Shown here piece by piece: positions 8,743-17,480 of a stretch of DNA of 64,000 nucleotides (the stretch's first letter is position 1; each line of letters opens with the position of its first letter). Source of the stretch: a virus (lineage: Duplodnaviria; Heunggongvirae; Uroviricota; Caudoviricetes). Below the pieces are notes generated by a model that worked only from the letters and a program-made list of their open reading frames with translations, was not told where the DNA came from and searched no databases. Location: IMG/VR virus record IMGVR_UViG_3300042922_000270; one strand, given 5' to 3'. Position numbers and translations under genes: made by a program.

Positions 8743-8942
8743 GTAGTGAAAACTAACTCTATCTCATCAAAGCGGTAGAAGTCTACAGCTAGTTTTAGTT
8801 CATCCATCTCTCTAACAGAGACATAAATGCCATCGCTTTCGACATCAGCAACCCTTACTATCTTATCTTTATCTAGAGGATTATAGTCTAAGTCGGGATT
8901 GGAGATAGTTACCAGATCACCTATTTTATATTGTGAATACAA
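8739..8942 (-). CDS. Array member
   Basis: YKIGDLV...ELVFTT. Confidence 0.8.
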   Translation of the reverse strand: MYSQYKIGDLVTISNPDLDYNPLDKDKIVRVADVESDGIYVSVREMDELKLAVDFYRFDEIELVFTT

Positions 8943-9129
8943 GTTGTAACTCTCTAAAAGAGTAGTAAGATAAAGTAAGCCCTACAGCCTTCTGCTCTTC
9001 TGGGTCTACCCACACCCCGTTTGTAACCACCCTACCAGCTTTAAAGATCTTACCTTGGTCTTCAGGATTATAATCCTGGTCGGCGTTAACTATGATTACG
9101 AGGTCACCGGTTCTAAATGGTAAAGACAA
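8926..9129 (-). CDS. Array member
   Basis: FRTGDLV...QLVFTI. Confidence 0.8.
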   Translation of the reverse strand: MSLPFRTGDLVIIVNADQDYNPEDQGKIFKAGRVVTNGVWVDPEEQKAVGLTLSYYSFRELQLVFTI

Positions 9130-9313
9130 GTTCTACCTCGTGAAAGTAATAAAAGACATCAACTAAATCTTTAGAGTCTTCAGCAAAGCTATCAGCATAG
9201 ACGCCCTTAGCATTCATCTTATCTATTCTAAAGATCTTACCTAGATCTTCCAGAGCATCTGGCTCTGTGTGTACGATGACTACCAGGTCACCAACTTTAA
9301 ACTGTGAAGACAA
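9113..9313 (-). CDS. Array member
   Basis: FKVGDLV...ELVFTI. Confidence 0.8.
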   Translation of the reverse strand: MSSQFKVGDLVVIVHTEPDALEDLGKIFRIDKMNAKGVYADSFAEDSKDLVDVFYYFHEVELVFTI

Positions 9314-9497
9314 GCTCTACCTCAGTAAAGAAAAAGTAAGAGCAGGTAAGCTCCGCATAGGACTCATCGTCACTGTCTGCCCAAACTCCATCACGGTCAA
9401 TGTCCCTTATCTTAAAGATCTTATCTTTATCCCGCACATACTCAGGTTCTGGTTTTGAGATGATCACTAGATCACCTGCTTTAAATTGTGAAGACAA
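9297..9497 (-). CDS. Array member
   Basis: FKAGDLV...ELVFTV. Confidence 0.8.
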   Translation of the reverse strand: MSSQFKAGDLVIISKPEPEYVRDKDKIFKIRDIDRDGVWADSDDESYAELTCSYFFFTEVELVFTV

Positions 9498-9684
9498 GCT
9501 CTAATTCATCCGGATAGTAAGCGTCGTGTAGCCCTAGAGATTCAATCTCTTCATCTTTAGGGTATACGTCGCCATCGTGAGGATCTATAGAGTCAATGAT
9601 AAAGATCTTACCTTTATCATCTAAGGCATCCTCTCTTGGAGTAACAATTGATACCAGGTCACCTGGTTTATAATGTGAAGACAA
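9481..9684 (-). CDS. Array member
   Basis: YKPGDLV...ELVFTI. Confidence 0.8.
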   Translation of the reverse strand: MSSHYKPGDLVSIVTPREDALDDKGKIFIIDSIDPHDGDVYPKDEEIESLGLHDAYYPDELELVFTI

Positions 9685-9880
9685 GTTCTAACTCTTTTAT
9701 GAAATAATAAGAATGACCAAGTTTAAGGCTCATGCGTTCTTCTGTTGAAGGATAAATCCATATTCTGGTTCCATCTTCATACAAGTAATCAACTCTAAAT
9801 ATCTTACCCACGTCTTCAGATATAGCAGTTTTACAATCAATTAATATTACAAGGTCGCCGACCTTAAAGGGTGAAGACAA
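9668..9880 (-). CDS. Array member
   Basis: FKVGDLV...ELVFTL. Confidence 0.8.
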   Translation of the reverse strand: MSSPFKVGDLVILIDCKTAISEDVGKIFRVDYLYEDGTRIWIYPSTEERMSLKLGHSYYFIKELELVFTL

Positions 9881-10265
9881 GTTCTAATGATCCTGGTTTG
9901 TATGATGGAGTAATGATATTACCCCACTTACCGGTAAATCTAAGTACATAGGGATATAGTGGCCTCTTAGTGTCCACATTGTGTACAGGATGTATCTGGC
10001 CATAGTAATCACTACCCTCAAGAGTAATCATAACTAGGTCCCCTGTATTGATCTCAGAAAGCTCTAGCTTGTATCTCTCGATACGAGATAGCATCATGTC
10101 ATAGTCTGCTACTTGACTAGAATAGTAACTAGAGTGGTCCCAATACTGAACGTGTCTAGTTAGGTTGTTAAACCGATCATAAGTCTTTAGTATCTTATCT
10201 ACACAGAAACCCTTACCAGGGTTAGTCTTAGAGATCCAGAGTTGGCCTTTGACTAGCTTGATCAT
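9864..10265 (-). CDS. Two-domain array member (KGQLW domain plus GDLV domain)
   Basis: LVKGQLW...INTGDLV...ELVFTL. Confidence 0.8.
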   Translation of the reverse strand: MIKLVKGQLWISKTNPGKGFCVDKILKTYDRFNNLTRHVQYWDHSSYYSSQVADYDMMLSRIERYKLELSEINTGDLVMITLEGSDYYGQIHPVHNVDTKRPLYPYVLRFTGKWGNIITPSYKPGSLELVFTL

Positions 10266-10675
10266 ACACTAAAGAGCCTTCTAACCTTGGCAACTTCAGT
10301 AATCACGTCAATCATAACACCATTATAACTCTTTACCTTAGAGCCGGTCTTAAGTACAAAGGGAGCATTAGGTCGCCCTAGCTGCACCTTCTTTACTTCC
10401 AGAATCTTACCCTTATGGGTTCCGTTATCTAGTACTTCTACTAGGTCACCTACATTGATATTATCTGTGTATAGGTGCATGTTAAAGCCATTGATACGAT
10501 TAACTACTTTGTGTTGGGATACCCAGTACCCCTTCATACCTGTAACCTGAGCCCACTCTTCATACTGATTGGTTACGGGATGGATGTTAGACTTAACATC
10601 ATGTATGTAAATATTATAACTTGGGTCTTTTGGGTGTAACCATAACTGGCCGCCCTTTAGATCTGATTTCTTCAT
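10262..10675 (-). CDS. Two-domain array member
   Basis: LKGGQLW...INVGDLV...RLFSV. Confidence 0.8.
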   Translation of the reverse strand: MKKSDLKGGQLWLHPKDPSYNIYIHDVKSNIHPVTNQYEEWAQVTGMKGYWVSQHKVVNRINGFNMHLYTDNINVGDLVEVLDNGTHKGKILEVKKVQLGRPNAPFVLKTGSKVKSYNGVMIDVITEVAKVRRLFSV

Positions 10676-10872
10676 GTTGTAAATATTACTTCTAGTGCGC
10701 TGGGGTAGAATCCAGTTTGAGACCCATCAGGAAACTTTACCCATACTGAAACGTACGTATCATAGCCTCCAACGTTGATACCTCTATGAATACTTATTAC
10801 TTCTGCTATCTGACCACGCCACTTACTGTGCGGATAATTGACCTGTACTAGGTCACCCCTATTAATATTCAT
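10672..10872 (-). CDS. Array member
   Basis: INRGDLV...EVIFTT. Confidence 0.8.
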   Translation of the reverse strand: MNINRGDLVQVNYPHSKWRGQIAEVISIHRGINVGGYDTYVSVWVKFPDGSQTGFYPSALEVIFTT

Positions 10873-11072
10873 ACCGTAAATACTATCTCATAATCACTAC
10901 CATCTAGTAGCAGTACACCACTATCGGTCTTAACCCATATTCTAGGTTGGTCACCGCTCCTGCTGGTCATGATAAATGCTAAATTCTTAACTTCGTAGAT
11001 TCTACCAAAGTGTTGCTCAATGTAAGCGTATGTACCTGTAACTTGTACTAGGTCTCCAGGGCTAGGCGTCAT
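10869..11072 (-). CDS. Array member
   Basis: PSPGDLV...EIVFTV. Confidence 0.8.
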   Translation of the reverse strand: MTPSPGDLVQVTGTYAYIEQHFGRIYEVKNLAFIMTSRSGDQPRIWVKTDSGVLLLDGSDYEIVFTV

Positions 11073-11269
11073 ACTGTAAATACCACTTCGTACTGTCCTT
11101 TAGTAAGGTACAGACTAGCTTTACCGTCTAAACAGCCACACCATACATAGATGGCCCCTACCGGGTTTACTGATGCGTTTCTTATCTCTAAAATCTCACC
11201 TACGTGACTACCGTCATCGGTGCTTAATACTCTGACTAGATCTTTCATACCGTAAACAATACTTCCCAC
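11069..11269 (-). CDS. Array member
   Basis: MKDLVRV...EVVFTV; start uncertain. Confidence 0.7.
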   Translation of the reverse strand: MGSIVYGMKDLVRVLSTDDGSHVGEILEIRNASVNPVGAIYVWCGCLDGKASLYLTKGQYEVVFTV

Positions 11270-11445
11270 TCAAAGACTTCTACAAAGCTATCAGCTCCAT
11301 CAAAACAGTCACAATTAGCGTAGACTTTATTCTCAGAGGTAATAGTGTGTACTATTAGAAGTTCACCAGCATGACAGTTATCATCTTCACAGTAGATAAC
11401 TCGAATGATATCCCCTACTTTGGGAATTGCGTTATTATTATCCAT
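11245..11445 (-). CDS. Array member
   Basis: PKVGDII...EVLFTV. Confidence 0.75.
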   Translation of the reverse strand: MDNNNAIPKVGDIIRVIYCEDDNCHAGELLIVHTITSENKVYANCDCFDGADSFVEVFEWEVLFTV

Positions 11446-11455
11446 TGATTAAAAA

Positions 11456-11632
11456 CTACTTAGTAAAAATGATATCCAACTCTCTTGGATAATAAAAAGC
11501 GTCATATACCCCACTAGGGTATCTTATCTCTACATATATCTGACCACTATAGACTGCACTATCAATCCAAGCCTGTACTTCGAATATCTCACCAGTAGCT
11601 TTTAGTACTACCAAGTCACCATTATTAATCAT
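11456..11632 (-). CDS. Array member, 58 aa (not in ORF track)
   Basis: MINNGDLVVLKATGEIFEV...ELDIIFTK; ATGA overlap with the upstream gene. Confidence 0.8.
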   Translation of the reverse strand: MINNGDLVVLKATGEIFEVQAWIDSAVYSGQIYVEIRYPSGVYDAFYYPRELDIIFTK

Positions 11633-11820
11633 AGTGTGAAGGCTAACTCGAACTCGTTCTCATAGAAGTACATCAGCTTCTCTCGGATGTAGTATCTAGC
11701 CTGTACAACACCTAGAACCTCGCACTCATCTAAAGATTCTACAGTGTATACACCTTTAAAGTTATCTTTAAGTTTGCCATATGTGATGACTATTAGGTCA
11801 CCTATGTTTGCTTTGTTCAT
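11629..11820 (-). CDS. Array member
   Basis: MNKANIGDLIV...ELAFTL. Confidence 0.8.
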   Translation of the reverse strand: MNKANIGDLIVITYGKLKDNFKGVYTVESLDECEVLGVVQARYYIREKLMYFYENEFELAFTL

Positions 11821-11848
11821 AAACTTATTAAGGGGAGCCTAGGCTCCC

Positions 11849-12151
11849 CTATTGATCTTCCAGTACTTCTTTGATGACATCACCATGACATGCTAGTGGG
11901 GCACACCAGCATACTAGGTTAGCATCTTTGGGGATGGACTTGAGAGCAGTCAACACAAGAGGGTCCTTGTCCTGGATTCTCTTAAGTAGCCACTTCTTGT
12001 ACAGCTCTACTGATTCCTCACGAGACTCAGTCTTGAACTTAGCCAAGGTATTGTCTTTGTGAGAGTAGGGATTACCTAGAGGACTAGGCCGTCCAATGTA
12101 GAAGTCTTTAGGAGTACCCTTGTGGGTACGCTTATTGACTACTGTTATCAT
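11849..12151 (-). CDS. DUF4326-family protein
   Basis: YIGRPSPLGNPY...LVCWCAPLACHGDVI. Confidence 0.88.
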   Translation of the reverse strand: MITVVNKRTHKGTPKDFYIGRPSPLGNPYSHKDNTLAKFKTESREESVELYKKWLLKRIQDKDPLVLTALKSIPKDANLVCWCAPLACHGDVIKEVLEDQ

Positions 12152-12528
12152 TGGGACTTGACCATGTTGGTGATGGTCTTGATGGCATAGTACTCAGGGT
12201 TGATGGCTTTTAGGGCATTGTCAGCTGCACAGGACAGAAACACAAAGGATATCAGTCCTATGATTGCAGCTAATACTCCTAGCCCTATGCACATACCCAA
12301 GAAGTCGTACCTATCGTTATCCTTCCACACGCTGCTGATAGTTTTGATGCATATGACGATTAGCCAGATACATACCACAACGGCAGCTAGCTGGATGATC
12401 CCGTATACGATTCCTTCGGCCACCATCTGGCGGACGAGAACTTCGTATACGTGGTGAGCTGCTACACCAAGCTTCTGGGCTAAGGCTTCGATTGTCTTAG
12501 TGAGATGCTCTTGTAAGGCTTTGTCCAT
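12148..12528 (-). CDS. Membrane protein (2 TM)
   Basis: Two hydrophobic segments, C-terminal NPEYYAIK. Confidence 0.8.
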   Translation of the reverse strand: MDKALQEHLTKTIEALAQKLGVAAHHVYEVLVRQMVAEGIVYGIIQLAAVVVCIWLIVICIKTISSVWKDNDRYDFLGMCIGLGVLAAIIGLISFVFLSCAADNALKAINPEYYAIKTITNMVKSQ

Positions 12529-12691
12529 GGGTAACCTTTCTTTGATAGATGCTTCTCAGATGAGCCAATAGTTGCTGGTGTATTCTGTAACACTCACAAT
12601 TCTTGGTCTTGTAGAAGCAGTTGTTGCGGGCATGCATAGCATTGTTGAGATGCCGTTTACGGTAATTCTTGTAGAATTCTTTGTTAGCCAT
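12497..12691 (-). CDS. Small basic Cys/His protein
   Basis: 64-aa ORF. Confidence 0.5.
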   Translation of the reverse strand: MANKEFYKNYRKRHLNNAMHARNNCFYKTKNCECYRIHQQLLAHLRSIYQRKVTHGQSLTRASH

Positions 12692-12781
12692 GGAGTTTCT
12701 TTCTATCTCTGAAATAGTGCTAATGGGAATTGAGTCCTAAGGAACCGTTCAGTTAAAAAGAGAGTAAATAAATACTCTCTT

Positions 12782-14032
12782 TTATAGACCAAATAGATTG
12801 TTAAGTGTAGGGACCAAATCCAGATAGTAGAACACCAGAGGAATAGCCAGACACCCGAACATAACCTGTTGAGGTAGTTCAAGCTTACGGCATATCAAGC
12901 TGATGATAACACCGGGAATGGTAGCAAGCACAGCTACTGTATGATTACCAACAAGAGTGAGACTAAATACAGACATGACAAGCAGGAATCCACTAGTCAT
13001 TCTTATAGGAAGTTTCTGTGCCACTTGGATGTATGGCATTGTAATCTTCTTGGTAATAACAGACCCAGCAGCAAGACTAGCAACCATACACACTACTAAG
13101 AGAGCAATGGTAATCGGTTCAGTCTTAATACTGGGAACTATGCGACCCAATAGAACAGCTTCACCTGAGCGACCAATACCTAAGGTCATGATTAAGAGAA
13201 TAGCAGTGATACTATTAGCAGCTTGAGCAGCAGCAGATGCATACACATACTTCTCATCAGATGTAAGCTTATGCGTAAACAGAGTGATGAAACTAGAGGT
13301 ACCAAGACCAGCTAAGAATCCTGTTGAACTACCAACAAGAGCACCAATGACAGCTAAGTCTCTGGGCATCTCAGGTATAGGAAGCTTGAACTGTTTCTTA
13401 ATCCTGGACTTAGTATCCATCATAGCTGTGACTAGCATGGGGATGGCAATCAGACCGTTAAGAATCGGGAGCAGAGAGTGCTCGTTGCCACGAAGAAGAG
13501 GATGGTGTAGGACAATATATCCATAGAGTCCGGTGGTCATGAGACCTAGGAAAGTTAGTATAGCGTTCTTACTTTGAACACAGGTATAGATAATCCAGAT
13601 GAAGATGACTACAATAGCCATCGGCTTGATGACGCTTTGCATCATTTCCAAGAGAGAACCTTGTACGATAGCAGACAGTGTAGCGAGAATAGCAACAATG
13701 ATAGTAATCACGTGCATACTACTATCGATAGCATCAATCTGTAGCCGTAGAGCTGTTAGGCCTTTGCCTTTGGATGTCATCCTCAGGACGGGATCTTGGC
13801 CATCCATATTGGTTGACGCCACTGGATGGAAGGTACCTGCTAGACAATGTGTGTAGATACCAGTACAAGCAGCAGATATGATGAATACTGCTGTATTAAC
13901 TGGACCGAATCCAGCAGATAGACTTCCAGCCAGTAGCAACAGGATTAATGTCGAGTGAAGACCCGGCACTAATCCTGTTATGGTTCCGAGTAGGATGCCT
14001 GCCCCTAAGAAGGCTAGCTCCACACCCCGCAC
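12782..14032 (-). CDS. TctA / DUF112-like polytopic membrane protein
   Basis: GILLGTITGLVPGLH N-terminal motif, internal repeat GALVGSSTGFLAGLG, about 11-12 hydrophobic segments. Confidence 0.75.
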   Translation of the reverse strand: MRGVELAFLGAGILLGTITGLVPGLHSTLILLLLAGSLSAGFGPVNTAVFIISAACTGIYTHCLAGTFHPVASTNMDGQDPVLRMTSKGKGLTALRLQIDAIDSSMHVITIIVAILATLSAIVQGSLLEMMQSVIKPMAIVVIFIWIIYTCVQSKNAILTFLGLMTTGLYGYIVLHHPLLRGNEHSLLPILNGLIAIPMLVTAMMDTKSRIKKQFKLPIPEMPRDLAVIGALVGSSTGFLAGLGTSSFITLFTHKLTSDEKYVYASAAAQAANSITAILLIMTLGIGRSGEAVLLGRIVPSIKTEPITIALLVVCMVASLAAGSVITKKITMPYIQVAQKLPIRMTSGFLLVMSVFSLTLVGNHTVAVLATIPGVIISLICRKLELPQQVMFGCLAIPLVFYYLDLVPTLNNLFGL

Positions 14033-14442
14033 AGCTCAACAACGTTCTCAATCTTGAGCATGTTGACCATCTGGGACTGAGCGAGCTTGTTCATGGCATC
14101 GAGGACAGAGATGCCCGAGATCACGAAGTCTTGGTCAGTGGACTTCAGGATGCCCTGCGCCACCAACTCTTTGTGGTAGTCGGGCTCAAGGTCAATGGCC
14201 CAGCAACGCTGATGCTTGAGCGAGAAGGTGTTCACGGGCTTGGTGGGCGTGACGGTACGCGAAGGACGGGGAGGATTGGGGATGCCCTGGAAGTACTGAG
14301 TGCGCTTCTCTTCGGGAGCAGGCAGCACGGTGGAAGCCTCTTTGGCCTCAACGGAAACTTCGGGAACAACAGCCACCTGAGGCTCGTTGTTGGACTCAAC
14401 CGTAGCGGGAGCGGTAGGGATCTGACCATCAATCGTCATCAT
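14014..14442 (-). CDS. Hypothetical protein with Pro/Glu-rich N-terminus
   Basis: AGGAG SD, GC3-rich codons. Confidence 0.8.
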   Translation of the reverse strand: MMTIDGQIPTAPATVESNNEPQVAVVPEVSVEAKEASTVLPAPEEKRTQYFQGIPNPPRPSRTVTPTKPVNTFSLKHQRCWAIDLEPDYHKELVAQGILKSTDQDFVISGISVLDAMNKLAQSQMVNMLKIENVVELCGVWS

Positions 14443-14463
14443 CTTAAATATCTCCTAAACTTG

Positions 14464-14757
14464 TTACTCGCCAGCTTGAACTTTGCTAGCAAGGTCTTGG
14501 GTACGCCAGTCTTTCTTTAGTAGATTGAGAATCGTGAGAAGTTGAGCCATAGGCTCTGGAAGGTATGCGAGTTTCTCAGCACCAACACAGTTGGTCTTTG
14601 TCCCACGAATATGAGGATAGGCGATTACAATCCTGTAACCATCATTCCTTTTTGTACCATGAGCATCTTCAAACTGAACATTCTTGGCAAAGATATATCC
14701 CATGGAACCTGGATATTCCAATAGAGTGATGTAGTCACTCACCTGGAAATCAGGCAT
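14464..14757 (-). CDS. Hypothetical protein
   Basis: GGAGG SD, 97 aa. Confidence 0.75.
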   Translation of the reverse strand: MPDFQVSDYITLLEYPGSMGYIFAKNVQFEDAHGTKRNDGYRIVIAYPHIRGTKTNCVGAEKLAYLPEPMAQLLTILNLLKKDWRTQDLASKVQAGE

Positions 14758-14826
14758 CTGGAACCTCCCTTCTATTTGATACCTACAAGGGATATTAAGT
14801 AGTAATTAAGTAGGGTACGTAGGGGT

Positions 14827-15450
14827 CTATTTCATGGCCTTAAGCACCTGAATATTGCCTTCAGAGTCCTTGCAAATGATAAGTTCGGAGTATACTCCAT
14901 CATCTAAACCACGAAGGATAATGCGAGCAAGACCTTGGCCATGTTCGAATGTACCAACATGGTTCTTTACGTTCACATTGTAGATGGTATCGTAGTCAAC
15001 AATGGAAGTGAGTATCTTGATGTCTTGATAGACAGAACAGGTGTAAATGTCTTCACCAAGGATGTTGGCTTTGACAGATATCTTAGTACCTGCTTGGAGG
15101 GTGAACCGTTCTTTCATATCAGCAGTGAGGACTATCTTCTTACCATTATCAAGGTTGAGCATGATGCCGCCCTTGGATGCAGGTAACTTGGAGACAATGG
15201 TGCCTTCAATTGATTGTTTGGATAGTTCTGCTGTTTGATGAGACTTATTCATGTTAGACAGGAAGATGACTACTACCGAGAGCATACCGCAGAATATGAG
15301 TGCGATGATGACCTTAGTGTAGTCTACCTGAATGCTGGCCTTAGGTTGGGACTTGACCTTACGAGGAGCAGGGGGACTTTCGTCTTCTTGCTCCTCAGAC
15401 CGGACTGCAGCATTCATATCCTCGATTGAACCGTGTATATTCAGTCCCAT
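14827..15450 (-). CDS. Single-TM protein with possible OB-fold domain
   Basis: TM IIALIFCGMLSVVVIFL followed by IEGTIV...LQAGTKISVKA. Confidence 0.7.
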   Translation of the reverse strand: MGLNIHGSIEDMNAAVRSEEQEDESPPAPRKVKSQPKASIQVDYTKVIIALIFCGMLSVVVIFLSNMNKSHQTAELSKQSIEGTIVSKLPASKGGIMLNLDNGKKIVLTADMKERFTLQAGTKISVKANILGEDIYTCSVYQDIKILTSIVDYDTIYNVNVKNHVGTFEHGQGLARIILRGLDDGVYSELIICKDSEGNIQVLKAMK

Positions 15451-15452
15451 GA

Positions 15453-15557
15453 TTACTCATCCACTTCGATGTTGGTGGACTTACATTGGGGACACTTGGT
15501 AGCATCCTTGGTGGTGAACTCGTGGTTGCAATCCAAACAGAAGTGCTTCCAGGACAT
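15453..15557 (-). CDS. 34-aa zinc ribbon protein (not in ORF track)
   Basis: MSWKHFCLDCNHEFTTKDATKCPQCKSTNIEVDE, AAAGGA SD. Confidence 0.75.
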   Translation of the reverse strand: MSWKHFCLDCNHEFTTKDATKCPQCKSTNIEVDE

Positions 15558-15570
15558 ACGTTTATCCTTT

Positions 15571-15867
15571 CTAAAGAAGATCACTCACGGCAGCCAGGAT
15601 ATACTCCTTGGACTTGTCCTTGAGGGTTTCATGGTTCACGTAGATACACCGATGATCAGCCTTCTTTACCTCGTAAGGTTCAGGAGACAGTTCAGGGATG
15701 ATGGTGTACTTGTTGTTGAGTTGGGAGTTTACCCACAGGAGTTTACCCAGGAACTCTCCTGCCTCACGTTCACGTCCGTACAGAGCACGCATGAGAATCA
15801 GGTTAGCTTCCTTGAGCATCTCTGTTCTCTCATCACGCTTCTTCTTACGTTCAGTAAACTCATCCAT
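15571..15867 (-). CDS. Hypothetical protein
   Basis: 98-aa ORF overlapping the upstream stop. Confidence 0.75.
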   Translation of the reverse strand: MDEFTERKKKRDERTEMLKEANLILMRALYGREREAGEFLGKLLWVNSQLNNKYTIIPELSPEPYEVKKADHRCIYVNHETLKDKSKEYILAAVSDLL

Positions 15868-16096
15868 CTTGACGCACCCACGCTTGAGTACGCCCAGCCT
15901 CTTGGGACCTGGCGTGATTGGCCATCAACTTGAGCTGGTGCTGGAGGGTGTTGTGCTTCAGATCACCCAGCTCTTTCAGGACCTTAATCTGAGAGGTGCC
16001 GATGAACAGAGGACTGCCAGAGGGCAACTGCTCAATGAACTCACGGAAGGCATTGATCTTAGAGATCGCCTGGTGGGTCTGATACAGAGTGTCCAT
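15860..16096 (-). CDS. Hypothetical protein
   Basis: AGGAG SD, 78 aa. Confidence 0.75.
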   Translation of the reverse strand: MDTLYQTHQAISKINAFREFIEQLPSGSPLFIGTSQIKVLKELGDLKHNTLQHQLKLMANHARSQEAGRTQAWVRQDG

Positions 16097-16147
16097 AAAC
16101 TTTAATCTCCTATCTCTGAGGTTGCCTAAGAACTATGGGTCAAGGTA

Positions 16148-16176
16148 TTGACTTTAGTGATTTTAAGCGTTATACT
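16148..16176 (+). promoter_or_regulatory. Sigma70-type promoter upstream of RNase H
   Basis: TTGACT-17 nt-TATACT. Confidence 0.75.
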
Positions 16177-16469
16177 TGTGAGTACACAGTACGATCAGTG
16201 TAGCCCCCTAGCCACGCGGCGACTGAGCTGTGAAACCTCCTAAGGGAGGGTTACTAGAAAAGGTTCCTAAGAAACCTCAGACACTAGTAAGGGAAGAGTA
16301 TTAAGAAAGGGTTACAAGAGACCTTTCCTAAGAACCTAATCCTTAACTCTGACAGAGATAAAGATAAGTCTCTCAAGAGAACTTCTTAAGAAGTCTATCA
16401 AGATAGAATCTTGAGTTCCCTTCGGTCACTCAAGATTCTGGAAACACTAGGTTACAGCCAAAGAGGCTA

Positions 16470-16922
16470 TTGATGATTGCGCCACCTTTAGAAATCTATA
16501 CTGATGGATCCTGTTTAGCTAACCCTGGAGGTGCTATAGGATTCTCTGCTGTTGTTACTCAGGCAGGTATGGTTATCAACCAACACGTCTCAGGTTATAA
16601 GACGGGGACATCCAACCAGGCTGAGCTTCTAGCAGTGATCATGGCTCTGAGTAGTCTCGCTCCCTATAAGGATCTAGTAGTCTACTCAGACAGTCAGTAC
16701 GTAATTAAGGGTATGACAGAGTGGAAGCCTAACAGACTCAAGAAGATGGTCTGGAAGGACAAGGTACCTAACGAGAAGATGTGGAGACAGCTAGACGACC
16801 TAGCTAGTAAGCATACTATCAGGTGGGTCTGGGTGAAGGGTCACAACGGTAACCACTACAACGAGATAGCTGATAGATTAGCCAACGAAGAAGCACACAA
16901 GTTTAAGGAGACAGCCAGATAG
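16470..16922 (+). CDS. rnhA: Ribonuclease HI
   Basis: IYTDGSCLANPG, TSNQAELLAV, YSDSQYV, WVKGHNG, NEIADRLA. Confidence 0.96.
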   Translation: MMIAPPLEIYTDGSCLANPGGAIGFSAVVTQAGMVINQHVSGYKTGTSNQAELLAVIMALSSLAPYKDLVVYSDSQYVIKGMTEWKPNRLKKMVWKDKVPNEKMWRQLDDLASKHTIRWVWVKGHNGNHYNEIADRLANEEAHKFKETAR

Positions 16923-16946
16923 GTTGTCTCCTTTATTTTATGTGTT

Positions 16947-17045
16947 CTAGTTCAATCCACTTGGACACATTAGCGTAGATATGAAGACATACCCATTGCA
17001 TAGCATCCACAGGATTCCCAGGAACCCAAGTGTTTGTTTGTGCAT
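16947..17045 (-). CDS. 32-aa hydrophobic peptide (not in ORF track)
   Basis: GAGGAG SD; MHKQTLGFLGILWMLCNGYVFISTLMCPSGLN. Confidence 0.55.
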   Translation of the reverse strand: MHKQTLGFLGILWMLCNGYVFISTLMCPSGLN

Positions 17046-17076
17046 ATGTTTCTCCTCTATGACTAAGGGAAGAATA

Positions 17077-17170
17077 ACCCCACGGCAGGATTTGATACCT
17101 ACAACCCGAGCTTGCCGGCCTACCCATTACTAGATAGACTGCTCGTGCCCTTCTTTAGACGATCGTGGGT
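17077..17170 (-). ncRNA. tRNA-like RNA with a hairpin inserted in the anticodon loop
   Basis: Acceptor CCCACG/CGTGGG, D-like TCGTCTAAAGAAGGGC, stem CGAGC/GCTCG, T-like GTAGG-TATCAAAT-CCTGC. Confidence 0.6.
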
Positions 17171-17480
17171 GGCCTAAGGGATAACCATTACTGGCTCCCC
17201 TAGACCTGCTACATACCCCGAAAGGTATGCTCGATACCTCACTTGCATGCTCTGGTTATCATGCGAGCCACCAGGACCAGCCCCAGTGAAACTCATGGTG
17301 GGTACCATTGTTTGCACCATGTACGTAGTCTTCTCCTTATCGTGCGTAGGGAGAGACCTCTGGTGTAGACTGTCTGCTGCACAAGCAGCCGCGCATACCC
17401 AGGACGGGTACTGGGCGGCACAGACATTACAAAGGGAGTGCTAGTCCCTCACCTGCAGCTAGCACTTTGCAGGTCCATAC

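Larger units (their letters stand above)
8367..11820 (-). repeat. Tandem array of 16 paralogous KOW/SH3-like genes
   Basis: Consecutive ORFs share an N-terminal (F)KxGDLV and a C-terminal (E/D)hhFT/S motif. Confidence 0.9.

Noticed and set aside
8367-11820. Diversity-generating retroelement or integron as source of the array
   Set aside because: No reverse transcriptase, integrase, adenine-specific TR/VR pair or attC-sized spacers are visible in the window.
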